Shown here: positions 1 through 12,769 of the stretch, piece after piece | Numbering within the stretch: position 1 is the stretch's first letter | How the letters are laid out: each line of letters begins with the position of its first letter | Assembly (NCBI RefSeq): GCF_006345805.1 | Contig: NC_043001.1 | Coordinates: 76,818,001 to 76,882,000, forward strand | Source: Octopus sinensis | Lineage: Eukaryota | Direction of reading: 5' to 3' | Length of the DNA: 64,000 nucleotides | Translations under genes and position numbers: made by a program | The notes under the pieces: model-generated | Database searches by the model: none | Told to the model about the DNA's origin: nothing | What the model saw: only the letters and a program-made list of their open reading frames with translations

Positions 1-362
1 CAATGTGCATTTTCGCTTATTTTTCTTCTTACTTTCCCCTTACATTTCAACGTGTAGTTTCTATTTTCTTTTTGTAACATATTTCTATTATATATATATA
101 TATATACATACACACGTATGTGTGTGTGTGTACTGAATGACAACTATAATCTTATTAGTCATTTCCTCAAAAGTAAAGTATACAAGTACGTCTTTTATGA
201 CGGAATTGATCAATGCTGTGTGTGTGTGTATCAAAATCCAGAAATTTCGAGAACGTGTGCTAATTCTTTTCAGGAGCAATGAATCTCGAAGCAATTAAAG
301 CTATAAGTAAATATTAGTTTAAAATCTCCTGTACAGATGACAGATTTCCAATCTACCATTGA

Positions 363-409
<47 letters not shown>

Positions 410-499
410 GAGAGACAGATGGGGGCGGATAGCTGGAGATATACAGATGATGTTGATAGACATATATTTGTAGATGTAATAGAATGTAACTACACGTGT

Positions 500-680
500 G
501 CCGTTGGCGATTTCTTTTTCTTCTTTGGACTTTTCCCTTTCTTTTTCCCGACGAAGAGCTATGCTCGAAACTTAAAACTGTCTCTTTTCACCGAGCGTCA
601 AGCTAATATAATTCTTGTGCGCGTCCTCACCTTCGGTTTTATTTTTTCGTTTTTTTTTTTAAATTCGTTTATTTGAATTG
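500..680 (+). mobile_element. Penelope-like terminal repeat remnant with hammerhead-like core (diverged subfamily)
   Basis: CCGACGA-A-GAGC-tat-GCTC-GAAAC at 547-571. The downstream ccgagcgtcaagctaatata..caccttcggtttt context resembles the copies at 4.1, 60.5 and 63.7 kb. Confidence 0.4.
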
Positions 681-880
681 ACTATATATATATATATTTC
701 GGTGAGAATGTCTTTTTTTTTTCTTTTTACGGTGCCGAGTTTACAATCGTGTAAATAATAATAATAGTATTTTTATATAAGCTTAAAGCTTATGCCGATC
801 ACCGTGCAATGACTAAGGGAAATAGTCTAATAAAGCCCTGTCGAGGGCTTATATGCCCCTCTATTAATATATAAATACAA

Positions 881-915
<35 letters not shown>

Positions 916-1287
916 AAATATGTGTGTGTAGAGAGAGTGAGAGATGTAGAAATTTGTATGTATGTATGCATGTATGCACATACACGTGTGTGTCAATGTG
1001 GGACGAGGTGTGGTAGGTGTTGGTGAAAGGTGAGAGAGAGAGCAAGAAAGATAGCGTGTTACAAGTATTTATTTAGTCTACTTATAGTTGTGTGTGGTGT
1101 ACTTAGGCGTTCATGCAAAAACTAGGTCAGTTACAATAGAGACACCGATTTTATGAGTGGAGATGTACCGTTGAGTATTAACTAACAGTTAGTTATTACA
1201 AGGAACTATTTGCAAATCATGTGAGTATCATGTACAAGTGTACAGCTTGCTATGTGGATATTATATACGTGTGTGTGTATTATATTT

Positions 1288-1830
1288 TGTTTTAATCATT
1301 GGATTGCGGCCGTGTTTGAGCATCGCCTTGAATTGTATCAGCCGAACGAATCAACCCTAGTACTTGTATCAATACTCGTACTCGGTACCCATTCTATCGG
1401 TTCCCTTTTGCCGAACTTCTAAATTACGAGGCCGTAATCAAGCTAACACCGGTTGTCAAACGTCACTAGGGGACAACCACACGTGTGTGTGTGTCCGTGT
1501 GCTATCCAAGAAAACACAAAGATGAGGTGAAAGCCTCCCACCCCCAAGTGTATTAGGTTTACGCTCAGAACAAATGCAAAAAACATGTTGAAAAACAGTT
1601 CAATACTCTGCACAAATTCCGATACAAATTTTTCATGGTTCAAAATTTGCTTACTTTTTACTCAACCTAATATATACATGATGCGTTTCTTTCAGTTTCC
1701 TTCCAACCAAATCCACTCATAAGGCATTGGTCGGCCCAGGGCAATACTAGAAGATACCCATGGTGCCACGCAGTGGGATTGAACCCAAGACCATGTGGTT
1801 GGGAAGAGCAGAAATTAGAAAGTAATTTAA
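1288..1830 (-). mobile_element. SINE family A (tRNA-headed octopus-type SINE), degenerate
   Basis: Reverse complement of the family body (ggcaccttgggcaagtgtcttct...aaactgaaagaagc) and tail (ccagcatggccgcagtc...gactgaaac), both seen in many copies. Confidence 0.7.
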
Positions 1831-1924
1831 GGGCCGAGTGTGTCATGCGTTGGTATTTATCAAACTTGATATGAGCCAATGCTCAAAACTCTTAACTTTT
1901 GAGTCTTGTACCGATTAAATCTAT

Positions 1925-2570
1925 AGGCGCAGGCATGGCTGAGTAGGTAAGAAGCTCGTTTTGAAGCCACATGGTTCCGGGTTCAGTGTCATCTTGGACA
2001 CGTGTCTTTTATCAAAGGCTTGGGCCGAACAATGCCTGGTGAGTCAATTGGTTGGCAGAAACTGAATGGAAGCCGGCGAAACTGAATGGAAGAAGGACGC
2101 GGGCTGGCAGAAACGTTAGCACGCCGGGCGAAATGCTTAGCGGTATTTCGTCTGCCGCTACGTTCTGAGTTCAAATTCTGCCGAGGTCGACTTTGCCTTT
2201 CATCCTTTCGGGGTCGTTAAATTGAGTACCAGTTACGCACTGGGGTCGATATAATCGACTTAATCCGTTCGTCTGTCCTTGTTTGTCCCCTTGTGGGCAA
2301 TAAAGAAATAAGAAACTGAATGGAAGCCCATCGTGTACATACTTACATACTTCAGTGTTCTTGTTTGTGTGTGTATCCCCCACCTCGACCATCGCTAGAC
2401 AACCGGTGTTGGTTTGTTTACGCCACCATAACTTAGCAGTTCGGCAAAAGAACTGATAAAACAAAACAAAACAAAAAATCCTGGGACCGATTTGTACGAT
2501 TAAACCTTTTAAAGTGGTGCTCCAACATGACCAGAATCCAATGACTGAAACAAGTAAAAGATAAAATATA
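1925..2570 (+). mobile_element. SINE family A interrupted by a SINE family B insertion
   Basis: Head ggcgcaggcatggctgagtagg at 1926 and tail ccaacatgaccagaatccaatgactgaaacaag at about 2522-2552. The nested element is flanked by GAAACTGAATGGAAG at 2078-2092 and 2312-2326. Confidence 0.75.
2093..2311 (+). mobile_element. SINE family B (gcggcgagctggcagaa... head; gcctttcatcctttcggggtcg core)
   Basis: B-box-like gagttcaaattc and a conserved central motif shared with more than 15 copies in the window; 15-bp TSD. Confidence 0.8.
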
Positions 2571-2889
2571 TAAGGAGGTACAATGGAATATAAAGAATGT
2601 ATTTTCATGTGCGAAGGTTAAAATTCTGATCATAACTCAATTCAACGTGTTTTGTCCTCGCACAAAGTTCTGTTTGGTCGGCATAACAAAGGAATAGGGA
2701 CCGCACCTATTTAACAATTACAAGTTGTTAACATTAGGAAATGTGTTGATCCAACCATAAAAATGAATAAAAGAAACCATCCCACAGGGAGAAAAATGAC
2801 AAAATTTTAAAACGAGGACTCCTAAAATGGGACAGTGCCTGCCGGTACCATCCCCTAAATATCTGACATTGTGTCTAATTGAAAAAATC

Positions 2890-3060
2890 ATTATTGCCCT
2901 GCGCGTGTAAGCGAAGGCAGGATATTGTAATCACTCTTCGTCTGTCTGCTTGTACGTTCACAACGTGACTAGAAAACGGCTGAATGGATTTTCACCAAAT
3001 TTGGCAGAAATACTCATTGGGTGAGTGATTTGAAATGATGAAAATTTGGTTTGATTATCT
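2890..3060 (+). mobile_element. Helentron/DINE-like non-autonomous element, 5' part
   Basis: ttattgccctgcgcg...gcgaaggcaggatattgtaatcactcttcgtctgtctg...aaacggctgaatggattttcaccaaatttgg resembles the typical HINE/DINE-1 5' layout. Confidence 0.4.
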
Positions 3061-4034
3061 TCAAATATATTACACATATATACATACATAAATATGCGAC
3101 TCTGTGTGTGTGTGTGTACAGTGATATACACACATACATTTATATAGGTACATGGATGCACACATGACTGTGGGGTTAAAATGTTGGTTCCCCATCTATG
3201 TGGTTTTAGTTTCAGTCCCACTGCGCAGTACCTTGTGCAAGTGTATTCTGCCATAACCTCGGGCATGACCAAAGCGTTGGGAATTGATCTAGTTGACAGA
3301 GGCTGAAAGAAGCACGTCTTGTATGTAATGTATATATGTGTGAGTGCCCTTATTTTGACATTATGTAATGTCTGTAAACGATCCTCACCGTCATACAAGC
3401 GATGTTGTTTGTTTCCAGTCTTCCGTGAAAATACATGTCTGGCCATGGGAAAATAATACTTTGCTTTAAAATAATTTCCAATGGTAGAATACGGGCAGCT
3501 TTCAACTTTTTCTATCCAAAGGGTGTTTTTTTTTTTACCTAATGTTTACAAATTACTATTGATAGCTTTATTTGCTTCAAGATTCACCACTCTTGAAAAG
3601 AATTAGCACACGTTCTCGAAACAGGTGTGTTGCAACATATAGATCGTAGCAGATGAGAATCATCCGGCATATTCGTCGGAACTCCCATATCATCAAACGC
3701 CTGTATGAGAAGATCTCGTAGGGCTTTTGTGTGTGCTTTTATGCACTAAGCTCCTATGTGAGAGAATCTCTCTGGGTTAATAACGCAGTATTCGGTGTTC
3801 TACCAAGACATTTACGTTAAGCTGGATATAAAGATTGCCTTCTGGTTGTAATATTGCTTCCTTCGCTTACACACACACACATAAACGAAAACAAGTGGGG
3901 TTTAAAATTTACTACAAATGTTTCGGTAGCCTTTCATTGGCGCAATCATAGATTACATCATAACATAAATCGGATCTACCGTTTACATACATACATGCAG
4001 ACAGACAGAACCGCTAAATCTACAAGTTTTTTTT

Positions 4035-4165
4035 TCATTCTCTCTGTTTATTTTCTCTTATTCCTTTCTGTTGAAGAGCGTAGGCTCAAAATGTAAAAGA
4101 CTTTTTCATTTTTCCGATCGTCAAACTAATATACTTTCTTGTTCATACACCTGTCTTCATATAAT
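4035..4165 (+). mobile_element. Penelope-like terminal repeat remnant
   Basis: ctttctgttgaagagcgtaggctcaaaatgtaaaagacttttt... closely matches 60440-60612 and 63665-63838. Confidence 0.55.
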
Positions 4166-4881
4166 ACGCACGCACACACACACACATCTAAAGTATACTA
4201 CCCACAAATGACACCTAATGGTTGTTTTGTCTGACTGCAAATTCGATGTTACGGTACCCAGTCATTCTTGGCGTCTACTTGTTGATATGCCCAGATTGTA
4301 ATGAATCCTGTAATTGATTTATCTATCACACACTCGCGCGCGACGTGCTTCCATGTAGTTTCCGTCTAACAAATTCACTGATGAGACATTAAGATGACCT
4401 GAGGCTACAGCAGAAGTAAGACACTTGCGCAAAGTACCGCACAGTGAGACTGAACTGGTAATCGCATAGTTGCAAAGCGCGCTTTTTTTCACCACACAGT
4501 CATGCTTGCTTCTTCTATATTTACACACGAAACAATAACTCTATCTAGATCAGGATATCTCTAGATTTGAAACCGAATTTTTATGGTTACCGTTGGAAAT
4601 ATTTTATCTCAATGAAGACGAACGGCGGCATCTATATCCTTATGCTATCGCTTGTTCACCTTATCGCTTATAGTCAGATTTATATAGTTCTTTTATCTTT
4701 GTGGATACATTATATATAGTTCTCTTTATCCGTTTCTAATATCATATATCACTTCTTTGCACGTGTAGCGAGATTCTAAAAGCTTTTGTAATCCTGTGAT
4801 ATCGTTATTCTTCGTTTTAATTGAGAAACAAACACCTTGAAATTTAGTTTAATAAGGAAATACGCTTATATATACATATAC

Positions 4882-4918
<37 letters not shown>

Positions 4919-5174
4919 CGTAAATATATAGGATGGCGAATATTTTTAGAAATTTTACTGCCAGTGGCCTAGCATGTATAAAAAGTCAATAGACAAAATA
5001 TTCTCAATATAAAATAGTGTACATTTAAACACAAGAGAAAACTGTCTTTAACAGGTAATTTTTACACGCTAGAAGAAGCAGTATATATATATTACGCTTG
5101 TTCTTTTCTTGGTATAAATTACTACAGAGGTGTGTACCTGTCAGACTGTACTTCATATAACTTTCTCAAAAAAT

Positions 5175-5580
5175 CTTTTGCTTGTTTCGGTCATTGGACT
5201 GCGGCCATGCTGGGGCACTGCTATAAAGGGGAGTGGGATTGTGTCGAACAAATCGACAACAGTAACTTACTTTTTTTTTTTAAAGTCTTGGTACTTTATT
5301 CCATCAGACATTTTACACCGAACGACTATGTCACAGGGACGTAAACAACCAGCACTGATTTTCAAGCGGTGCTGGGAAGGAACAAACATCAGCAAGTGCG
5401 GCACGTACATATGTACATGAAGAGCTTCCACACAATTTCCGTCTACCATATTCAGTCACAAGGTATTGGTTTGCCTGATGCTATAGTAAAAGGCATTTAC
5501 TTAAGGTGCCGTGCCGTGGAATTGAACCTGAATTTATGCGGTTGCAAAACGAACTTCTTAACCACCCAGCCATTGCTGCA
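5175..5580 (-). mobile_element. SINE family A, degenerate
   Basis: Reverse complement of tail (gtttcggtcattggactgcggccatgctgg) and of head (aattgaacctgaatttatgcggttgcaaaacgaacttcttaaccacccagcc). Confidence 0.7.
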
Positions 5581-5998
5581 CACATTTTTTTAATGAAATT
5601 CTCCAGGAATATATTTTAGATTATGTAGATTCGAGTTATATCGGAATTTTTTGTGCAAAAACAATTTTCAGACACAGGCGGAGAGGAGTTTCGATAATTC
5701 ACGCACCTCGGCTTTGTTTCTTCATACGCTTCGATGAGGTCTGGGGGATTATCTGTGGCCCATTTTTTTTTTTTTTTTTTTACATCGGATTCCGATCTTA
5801 GCATAATCTATACCATCTGAAATGTATTTGCTGAAAATTTTATTTTAAAATATTCATTTTAAATGGATAGCACACTTCTAAAAGGCGGTTTTGTTAACTC
5901 CGTATTCCCTTTTTGTAACTGACACCCAGTCTCGTCTCGTGTATAACCATCAGTTACTATAAACTAAGGCAAAAAATTTCTATGGCTTATAATAGTCT

Positions 5999-6131
5999 CA
6001 GGGCCGGCCCCAGGAATTTTTAGAAGAAGGGAAGGCACAAGTTCGGAAGGTAATATTTAGAAGGACGCACTACTTTTCTCAGGGAGCGGGAGAGTGCTCC
6101 GCAACTCTACCCCCACCTGGATCCGCCCCCG
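5999..6131. mobile_element. Small MITE with GGGGCGGATCCAGG-type TIRs (Harbinger-like)
   Basis: Left cagggccggccccagg and right cctggatccgcccccg are imperfect inverted repeats; no clean TSD. Confidence 0.4.
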
Positions 6132-6917
6132 ATTCTTGATAAGTGTTTCAACAATGAACGCATGGTGAATACCGGCCTAAACTGTGATGGTAATTTAGAA
6201 AATAAAAATGGCTGAACATTAGCGATATGAAAACTCCGTTAACTCTTGCCTTACTTTATTTGCACCACACGAAAAACTGAAATATGGGAGGTTTTTTCGT
6301 CACGCGTGTTCTTCTCTGTGTGTGCGTAGACTGCTGCAAAACACCTCTCTCAGATTTACCGTTTTAGCAACAATAACCATTTTAGCAACAAACATAAAAT
6401 ATAGTCTAGTCCAAACCGTGATGGTAACTAAGAAAAATGGTAAACCATAAGCTACATAAAAATCTTATTGCTACTTGCCAACCTTCACTAATGCCGGGCG
6501 AATGGCCGTGTAAAACCTGGGATGTTTTTCTGCCGCACTCTTTTCATACCGATTTTCCCCTCCCTAATTGTGAAGAAAATTAGATTGGAGTTGGAATGGA
6601 GTGGGGCCGGAGACTAAAATATATTATTTTTAATCATTGGTGCAGTTTATCTAAGTTATTTATGAACTCGGTCAATGGCTGTTAGTTGCTGCTGGTTAAA
6701 CGATAAATGTTAATCTATGATTTTTCTGTAATAAATTTCAATTTCTTTATTTGATTTGATAATATGAAATGTAAAATTTAAAAAATGCTGGTTTCACGAT
6801 AAATCAACGCACTATAAACAAGGTGTTTCTCTTTTTTTAATATTGCAAGTTGAAAAGGTTGTCAGATATTTTAATAAAGCTAAATGATATATTTTATTAC
6901 ATATATACTTGATGTGA

Positions 6918-7200
6918 AGGCGCGTAGCCACGTGGTTAGGTTGTTGCTAGTAAAATCGTGGTTTCGATTTTCAGACCGGCGGCGCGTTGTGTTCCTGGGC
7001 AAAACATTTCATTTCATTTTGATCCAGTCCACTCACCTGTAAATGGATAAATAGGTAACCCTGTGACGGACTGGCTTTCCATTCGGGGAGATATATTGGC
7101 GTGCTTGCCTAGACAGCGGGATGTCATCATTCAAAAGCTACAACTATGGGAGGAAGCGCATTGTAACGGTGTACTACAATATCCAATAGTCCGGTTGATC
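6918..7200 (+). mobile_element. SINE family C (tRNA head, CORE/V-like centre)
   Basis: ggcgcgtagccacgtggttagg...ggtttcgatt head; gtgttcctgggcaaaacatttcatttc...gtgacggactggc core shared with 9185, 26830 and 51300. Confidence 0.7.
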
Positions 7201-7944
7201 GAGTGGTACGCTTTATAGCTTTATGATCTGTGAGAAGAGTGACTGGTGTTTCGTATTATGTCAACAGCCCTGTGTTACGTGTTTGGCCGAGAAACCTAAA
7301 TGTCAGTGACTGTGTACGTCTACAAAAATCAGTAAAGAAAAATAGTGGCGTGTATATCAATAAAAAGACAAGAAGGTCATGCCTTTCATCCTTAATCTGC
7401 TCGATTAAGGTTAGCTTAGGGTTAAACAACAACGGGTGCTGACTTCAGTCTTTCCAGCAGACTTGAAATCCCTACAAAGTTTGTTCGTAATGTTTTCATT
7501 GTCTTTTCGTCAACACATGGAAATTGCGACTTCCGGCAGGTCAGCAATAAAGACTTAAGATTGGTTAAATTTTCAAACTTTAATGGTTTAAAACTGTTTT
7601 ACCATTAATTTCTGGAGAAAATTGCTATGATTTTCGTCCTCAGCATACAAAACTACATAAGCTTGGAAAATTTGAAAAAATTGTAACGGTGGGAAGGATT
7701 TTAGAAAGATCTCCCACGGAATTTGCATCTCTCCCTCTCTCTCACTTTCTCTCTCACTTCCCCCCTCTCTATCTCTGATGATGATTCTAGTTGAGTTAAG
7801 CCTCGTAAAATAGTCCGAATCCTACAAGTTGGAGTGAATTGTCATATCCTCCAACCACATCGGAAAATATTACCACTAAATCATTAACATGACCAAATTT
7901 ATTTTTATGAAATCAAATTATTATTGTTATTATTATTATTGTTA

Positions 7945-8490
7945 AGGCGGCGAGCTGGCAGAATCGTTAACACGCCGGGCGAAATCCTTAGCAGTATTTC
8001 GTCTGCCGCTACGTTCTGAGTTCAAATTCCGCCGAGGTCGACTTTGCCTTTCATCCCTTCAGGGTCAAATAAATAAGTACCAGTTACGCACTGGGGTCGA
8101 TATAATCGACTTAATCCGTTTGTCTGTCCTTGTTTGTCCTCTCTGTGTTTAGCCCCTTGTGGGTAGTAAAGAAATAAGTATTTCGTCAGTCGCTATGTTC
8201 TGAGTTCAAATTCCACCGAGGTCGACTTTGTGTTTCATCCTTTCGAGATCGATGAAATAAGTACTAGTGAAACTCTAGGGTACATGTAATCGATTGACCT
8301 GGTCATGTACCAAAACTTGAAATCGTTATTATTATTATTTGGTGGCTTAGCGCCATTTCTTCCCGTTCTTTGTTATTAGTTCAAATACTGCCGAGGTGAA
8401 CTTTTGCCTTTCATTCTTTCGGGGTCAACAAAATAATCCTAGTAGAGCACTCCATTGTCCACCAACTACGTAACTGCCTCTCCCCCACCT
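7945..8490 (+). mobile_element. Cluster of three SINE family B copies (one young, two older), flanked by (TTA)n
   Basis: aaggcggcgagctggcagaatcgttaacacg at 7945; repeated gagttcaaattcc...gtcgactttg cores at about 7997, 8200 and 8380. Confidence 0.8.
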
Positions 8491-8720
8491 CAAATTTAAT
8501 TTGAATGGTTTGAGTCAACCCCAGGCTATTGTAGAAGAAAGCACTTTGCCTAGGCTCCACGGGATGTGATTCAAACCGAGACCTCACGATTACCAGATGA
8601 ACTTCGTAATCATTCAGCTAAGCTAGTGCCCTTATGTACGTTTGTATCTCACAACTGTTCCTTTTTTATTGACGAACGAACTTGGTTTGAACAGTAAATC
8701 TGTTTATATTTATACAACAG

Positions 8721-8776
8721 TGAGTTTCTAAAGACATACAACAAAGCCAAAGCGAAAAGAAAAAAATCAATAAAAG
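8721..8776 (+). CDS. Candidate internal exon of an unidentified host gene (EFLKTYNKAKAKRKKSIK)
   Basis: tttatatttatacaacAG acceptor and AAG|GTGACG donor; open frame in non-repetitive sequence, continuing in frame into the 8785-9039 ORF. Confidence 0.25.
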
Positions 8777-9184
8777 GTGACGGCATGGTAGATTCGATCC
8801 CCATTGGGGCCACACTTTTTATTGACTTTCGTGATCTCTGTATTGATCTATCGGCACACAAGCACACTTGCTTACAATATCTAAACACAGATTTCTATGC
8901 GTGGATTTGCCCGCAAATGTGTAATGTTATACTATGTCAGCGTATAAATCACACACACATTCGCACATATATACCTGTATATGTATGTATGTTTGCGTGC
9001 GTGCATATAAACGAACTTTTCTTTTTTTTTTTTTTTTGAAGCGTCGAATGCGTATCGTATTATACAAACAAGAAGGTAATGCTTCGAACGCTGTATGGCT
9101 GTGAAAACAACAGAAAAATACCCAAACTTTCTGCTGTTTTCACGGCTCTACTGCGTTCGAATATTACCTTCTTGCCCTTACCAA

Positions 9185-9420
9185 CGTGGGTTAGTGGTTA
9201 GGCTGTCAGCATCATGATCGTAAGATTATGGTTTCGATTCCTGGACCGGGTGACGCGTTGTGTTCTTGAGCAAAACACTTCATTTCACGTTGCTCCAGTC
9301 CACTCAGCTGGCAAAAATGAGTAACGCTGCGATGGACTGGCGTCCCGTCCAGCTGGGGAACACATACACCATTAAAAACGGGAAACCGGGCCCATGAGAC
9401 TGGCTAGGCTTTAAAAGGAT
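9185..9420 (+). mobile_element. SINE family C, well preserved
   Basis: tagtggttagg A-box and ggtttcgattcc B-box; tgcgatggactggcgtcccgtccag motif. Confidence 0.8.
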
Positions 9421-11524
9421 ATATATATAAATGTGCAGGTGGACTGTGTGGCAAGAAGTTAGCTTCTCAACCACATGATTCCGGGTTCAGTTCTACTGCG
9501 TGGCACCTTAGGCAAGTGTTTTCAGCTATAATTCCGGATCAATCCTTGCGTGTATTTTCGGTAGACGGAAACTGAAAGAAGCCCGTCGAATGTGTGTGTG
9601 TGTATATAGTTATTATGTAAAACTGTCGTATGTCCAAATTTGGCCAAATGGGTCGTTTTTTTTCTTTTGTGAATATTTAATTTTGCTTGCAATAGCCAGT
9701 TCTTTTGGTCAAACTCATATCTTCAGATGCCAAGATATGAAATTTGTCAAAGTGTAGTACAATGGTTTAGCATTTTTCAAAAGTGTAGTAAGTCCCACCT
9801 TTGACAGTTTTGCAAAAATATTTATGACTGAAAATATCATACATGCATGGAGTTAGGATTTTATGCCCCCAACAAAGTATTTATTGTTAAGCTGAAACTG
9901 TTGCTAATGTAAAAAGGAATGGAATGGTGAAACTATGTTTTCGTTTTTAGAAAAGCAATGTTTTGGACTTACGACACTTTTGCATCATAGCAACGTTTTA
10001 TATATGTATGTATGTATATATATATATATATATATATACATACATACATACGCACATACACACGTGTGTGTGTGTTTACCCCACCACCGCTTAACAGCCG
10101 GTGTTGGTTACGTATTTGTAACTTAGCGGTTCAACTGAAAGCCTTCAACGCGATAAAAGGCAATATATACACTCTCGCTCACCAGCAAAACACATAGGCA
10201 CGCAAGTACGCACACGCGCGCGCATGTGTGTTTGATGGGCTGTACAAAATATTGGTCAATTTGTGGTTATGTGGAAGGTACTTGCGTAGTGGGATCAAAT
10301 CCGGAAACACGTGCTTGGGAAATGAACTTGTTAACCTCAGTCATGCCATAATGATGATGAAGAAAATGTATGATGATGAATATACACCAACTGCTACACC
10401 ACCCTACACACACACGACAGTCATTAATATGATTATATCTGGATGTTTTCAACATGACGCAATTATTGCGTTTCTCATCAATTACGCTATTTGGCGTAAT
10501 TTGGCTGCTATAATGGTTGTTGTTGCTTATCAGTTTTTGGCGCCTAAAGATGGCTTATCATACCCTCAACACAATTTGTCATGGTGAATGTCAACCAGAC
10601 TGCGACACAATTTTGCGATTACTCCTTCCCCGCCTCAGTCCGTTGATGAATGTTTTTGAAGTTTAGTATTCAAACGCCTTTTCTTTCCATGGACTTTTGT
10701 TGATACCAATAACAACTCTGAGGTTCAGCATTACACACCAATGAAAAAAATATCTAATATATTGAGGTTTTGTTGACTTACAATGGTGAACTGTTCACCA
10801 AAAGACGGGCGTGGGGATTGCTCAAGATATGGTCTTCTTTGTACCATTTCTGGTAACATCGACACAACAATGTAATTAACCTACCTATCCGGTAGACAGG
10901 CTCGTTGTACTTGTTTGTGGTACATTTGTCTTCGTTTTTCACGGGGATTTGGTTTTAAAAAAACTCAAATATATGTATTATGGGAGGCAATATTCACGAT
11001 ATCGGATGAATATCGCCTTCTCCCATTAAAATTGTTCTTTGTGTTGTTTCAAGCACCAGTAGGCGAGGAAAGAAGTCTCAAGTGGAAATTCAAATTCACA
11101 ACCAGTTTTATTTACATAGTTACACAGAATTAATGAAGTGTGTCGCTCTCAGTTGACCATCTCAAGCTGTGTACGTTTCATTGCATCTCTGTTAACGCGG
11201 GCCCATTACGTCTGGAGATACGACGTGCAGATATAACTAGCCTGGAGACCCAGCCAGCGAATGTGCGTTCAGCCAGCGCTTGCGGTGAAAAAAAAAGAAT
11301 CTGTTTGTTGGGCCCTTATATCCAGTTTGCCATCGCGAACCTCGTTGTGATCTCGCGCATGGCAAATGGATGCTAGTGAAATCTCGCTCCAGTCTCGGAG
11401 ATGGCAATGGCTGCCGGCGAGATCTCGTTCAAAATGGCGCTGACTGCTTGTGCCGCTACATATGAATCATTTCTACGCACTTTATAAATGGAACGAATGG
11501 GAAATTCGCTAACATCAAACTCGC

Positions 11525-12755
11525 GGCCTGACCGTCGTCCCTTGCCCCGACTCATGGCTTAACAAGTTGGAACGAGTCCTCTTTCGCTTTTTGTGGAAAG
11601 GAGGAAAGCCACTTGTGAGACGCTCCGTGTGCTGTCAAGAACCGTTAAAGGGTGGGTTAGGGATGCCTTGGTTGATGATGCGCAGACATGCGTTGAGACT
11701 AAGACATCTCTGGCACACCTGGAGGGTGATAAGGTGTGGAGTCCGCTGGCAGAGGGATTTTTCCCAAGACCGGCCTCCTTAGTCAATTTTAAACCCGGTT
11801 ACATCAGAAGATGGAATCTGACTCCATGGCAAAAGGAGTGCCGACAGGCACTCACGCTGATCCACAAGACGGGCAAGGCCGGCTGCGGAAATACCACCTC
11901 GGTATTTTATAGAGGGCTGGTAGAAGGTAAAAACGATGACGTCCTAGGAGGGGCTCTGGGGTTTGATGAAGACCAGCTTGCCAATCTGTTTAAGAAAACG
12001 TTCAGGTCGGGGTATTTGGATAATTTCCAAAGATCCCTGGCCTGGCAGTGCTACAGGAATGCTTTACCTGTTCGCGAGAAGTTATCGCGGCACGGAGTTC
12101 AAGTGCCACCGACATGTCCAAGATGCGGGTTGGACGATGAAACCGTTCAGCACGCTTTTGTTCACTGTCGGAAGTTGAACGACTTGATAAGTTACGCAGA
12201 ACACGTGTTATCGCATCTGGGACGAGTACAGCTGTCGGCTGAGTCTATGATTAAGATGATACCGCCAACTGGACTCTCGAAGGAAGGTGAGGCATGTTTT
12301 AACTGCACGGTTGCAGTAGTAAAGGAGTGCATGTGGAGAACGAGAATGGAAGGAGCCGCGACAGGGTCCTTTATCTCCGGGCCCGGCCTGCTCACCTACT
12401 TCAGATATCATCTGAGAAGCAAGGTGGGACTGGAGAGGAGGACCCTGCCGCGGGGAGTGTATGAGAAAAGATGGAAGGAGGTGGAAAGAAAGGTGGGTGT
12501 GAGAAACCCAGCTTGACCATGGAGGAGAGAGAGGAAGTGGAAGCTGCAGGGCCTCATCAATTGCCGGGGTGTAAAAGCTCCAGTAAAAACCACAAAGGTC
12601 ACCTACAAGTGTTTGTTATACTAGTTATGCAAAAACTATTACTTTATAACGAATCCAAACGAAACTTTTAATCGAATCTCTTAAATGTTTTTGTATGTAT
12701 GTCCTGTATTCGTCCCTTCTATGTATTGATTTTCTATAATCGTAATAAAGAGATA
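11525..12755 (+). mobile_element. Tx1/L1-clade non-LTR retrotransposon, 5'-truncated copy 1 (ORF2 post-RT region, zf-RVT, 3' UTR)
   Basis: LTVVPCP..WLNKLERVLFRFLWKG..PLVRR...GGLGMP; CCHC motif CPRCGLDDETVQHAFVHC; VKECMWRTR; AATAAA near the end; TSD AACATCAAACTCGC at 11511-11524 and 12756-12769. Confidence 0.9.
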
Positions 12756-12769
12756 AACATCAAACTCGC

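Noticed and set aside
88-1045. ORFs such as 359-676, 799-996 and 827-1045, and similar YI/HT/VC-rich ORFs throughout the window
   Set aside because: They are translations of (TA)n, (CA)n and (TACA)n microsatellites.
6918-6990. tRNA-like heads at SINE 5' ends (also 9185, 39377, 50385)
   Set aside because: A- and B-box remnants only; no intact cloverleaf or anticodon arm, so not called tRNA genes.
10480-10920. Non-repetitive block with a possible Helitron or Mutator-like peptide on the minus strand
   Set aside because: Multiple stops and no diagnostic motif could be aligned.
11511-11524. Tx1 target as an snRNA, tRNA, 5S or rDNA sequence (Keno/Dewa/Mutsu-like targeting)
   Set aside because: The rejoined site does not match U1, U2, U5, U6, 5S, 7SL or tRNA sequences as I recall them; it fits a Tigger-like ORF better.
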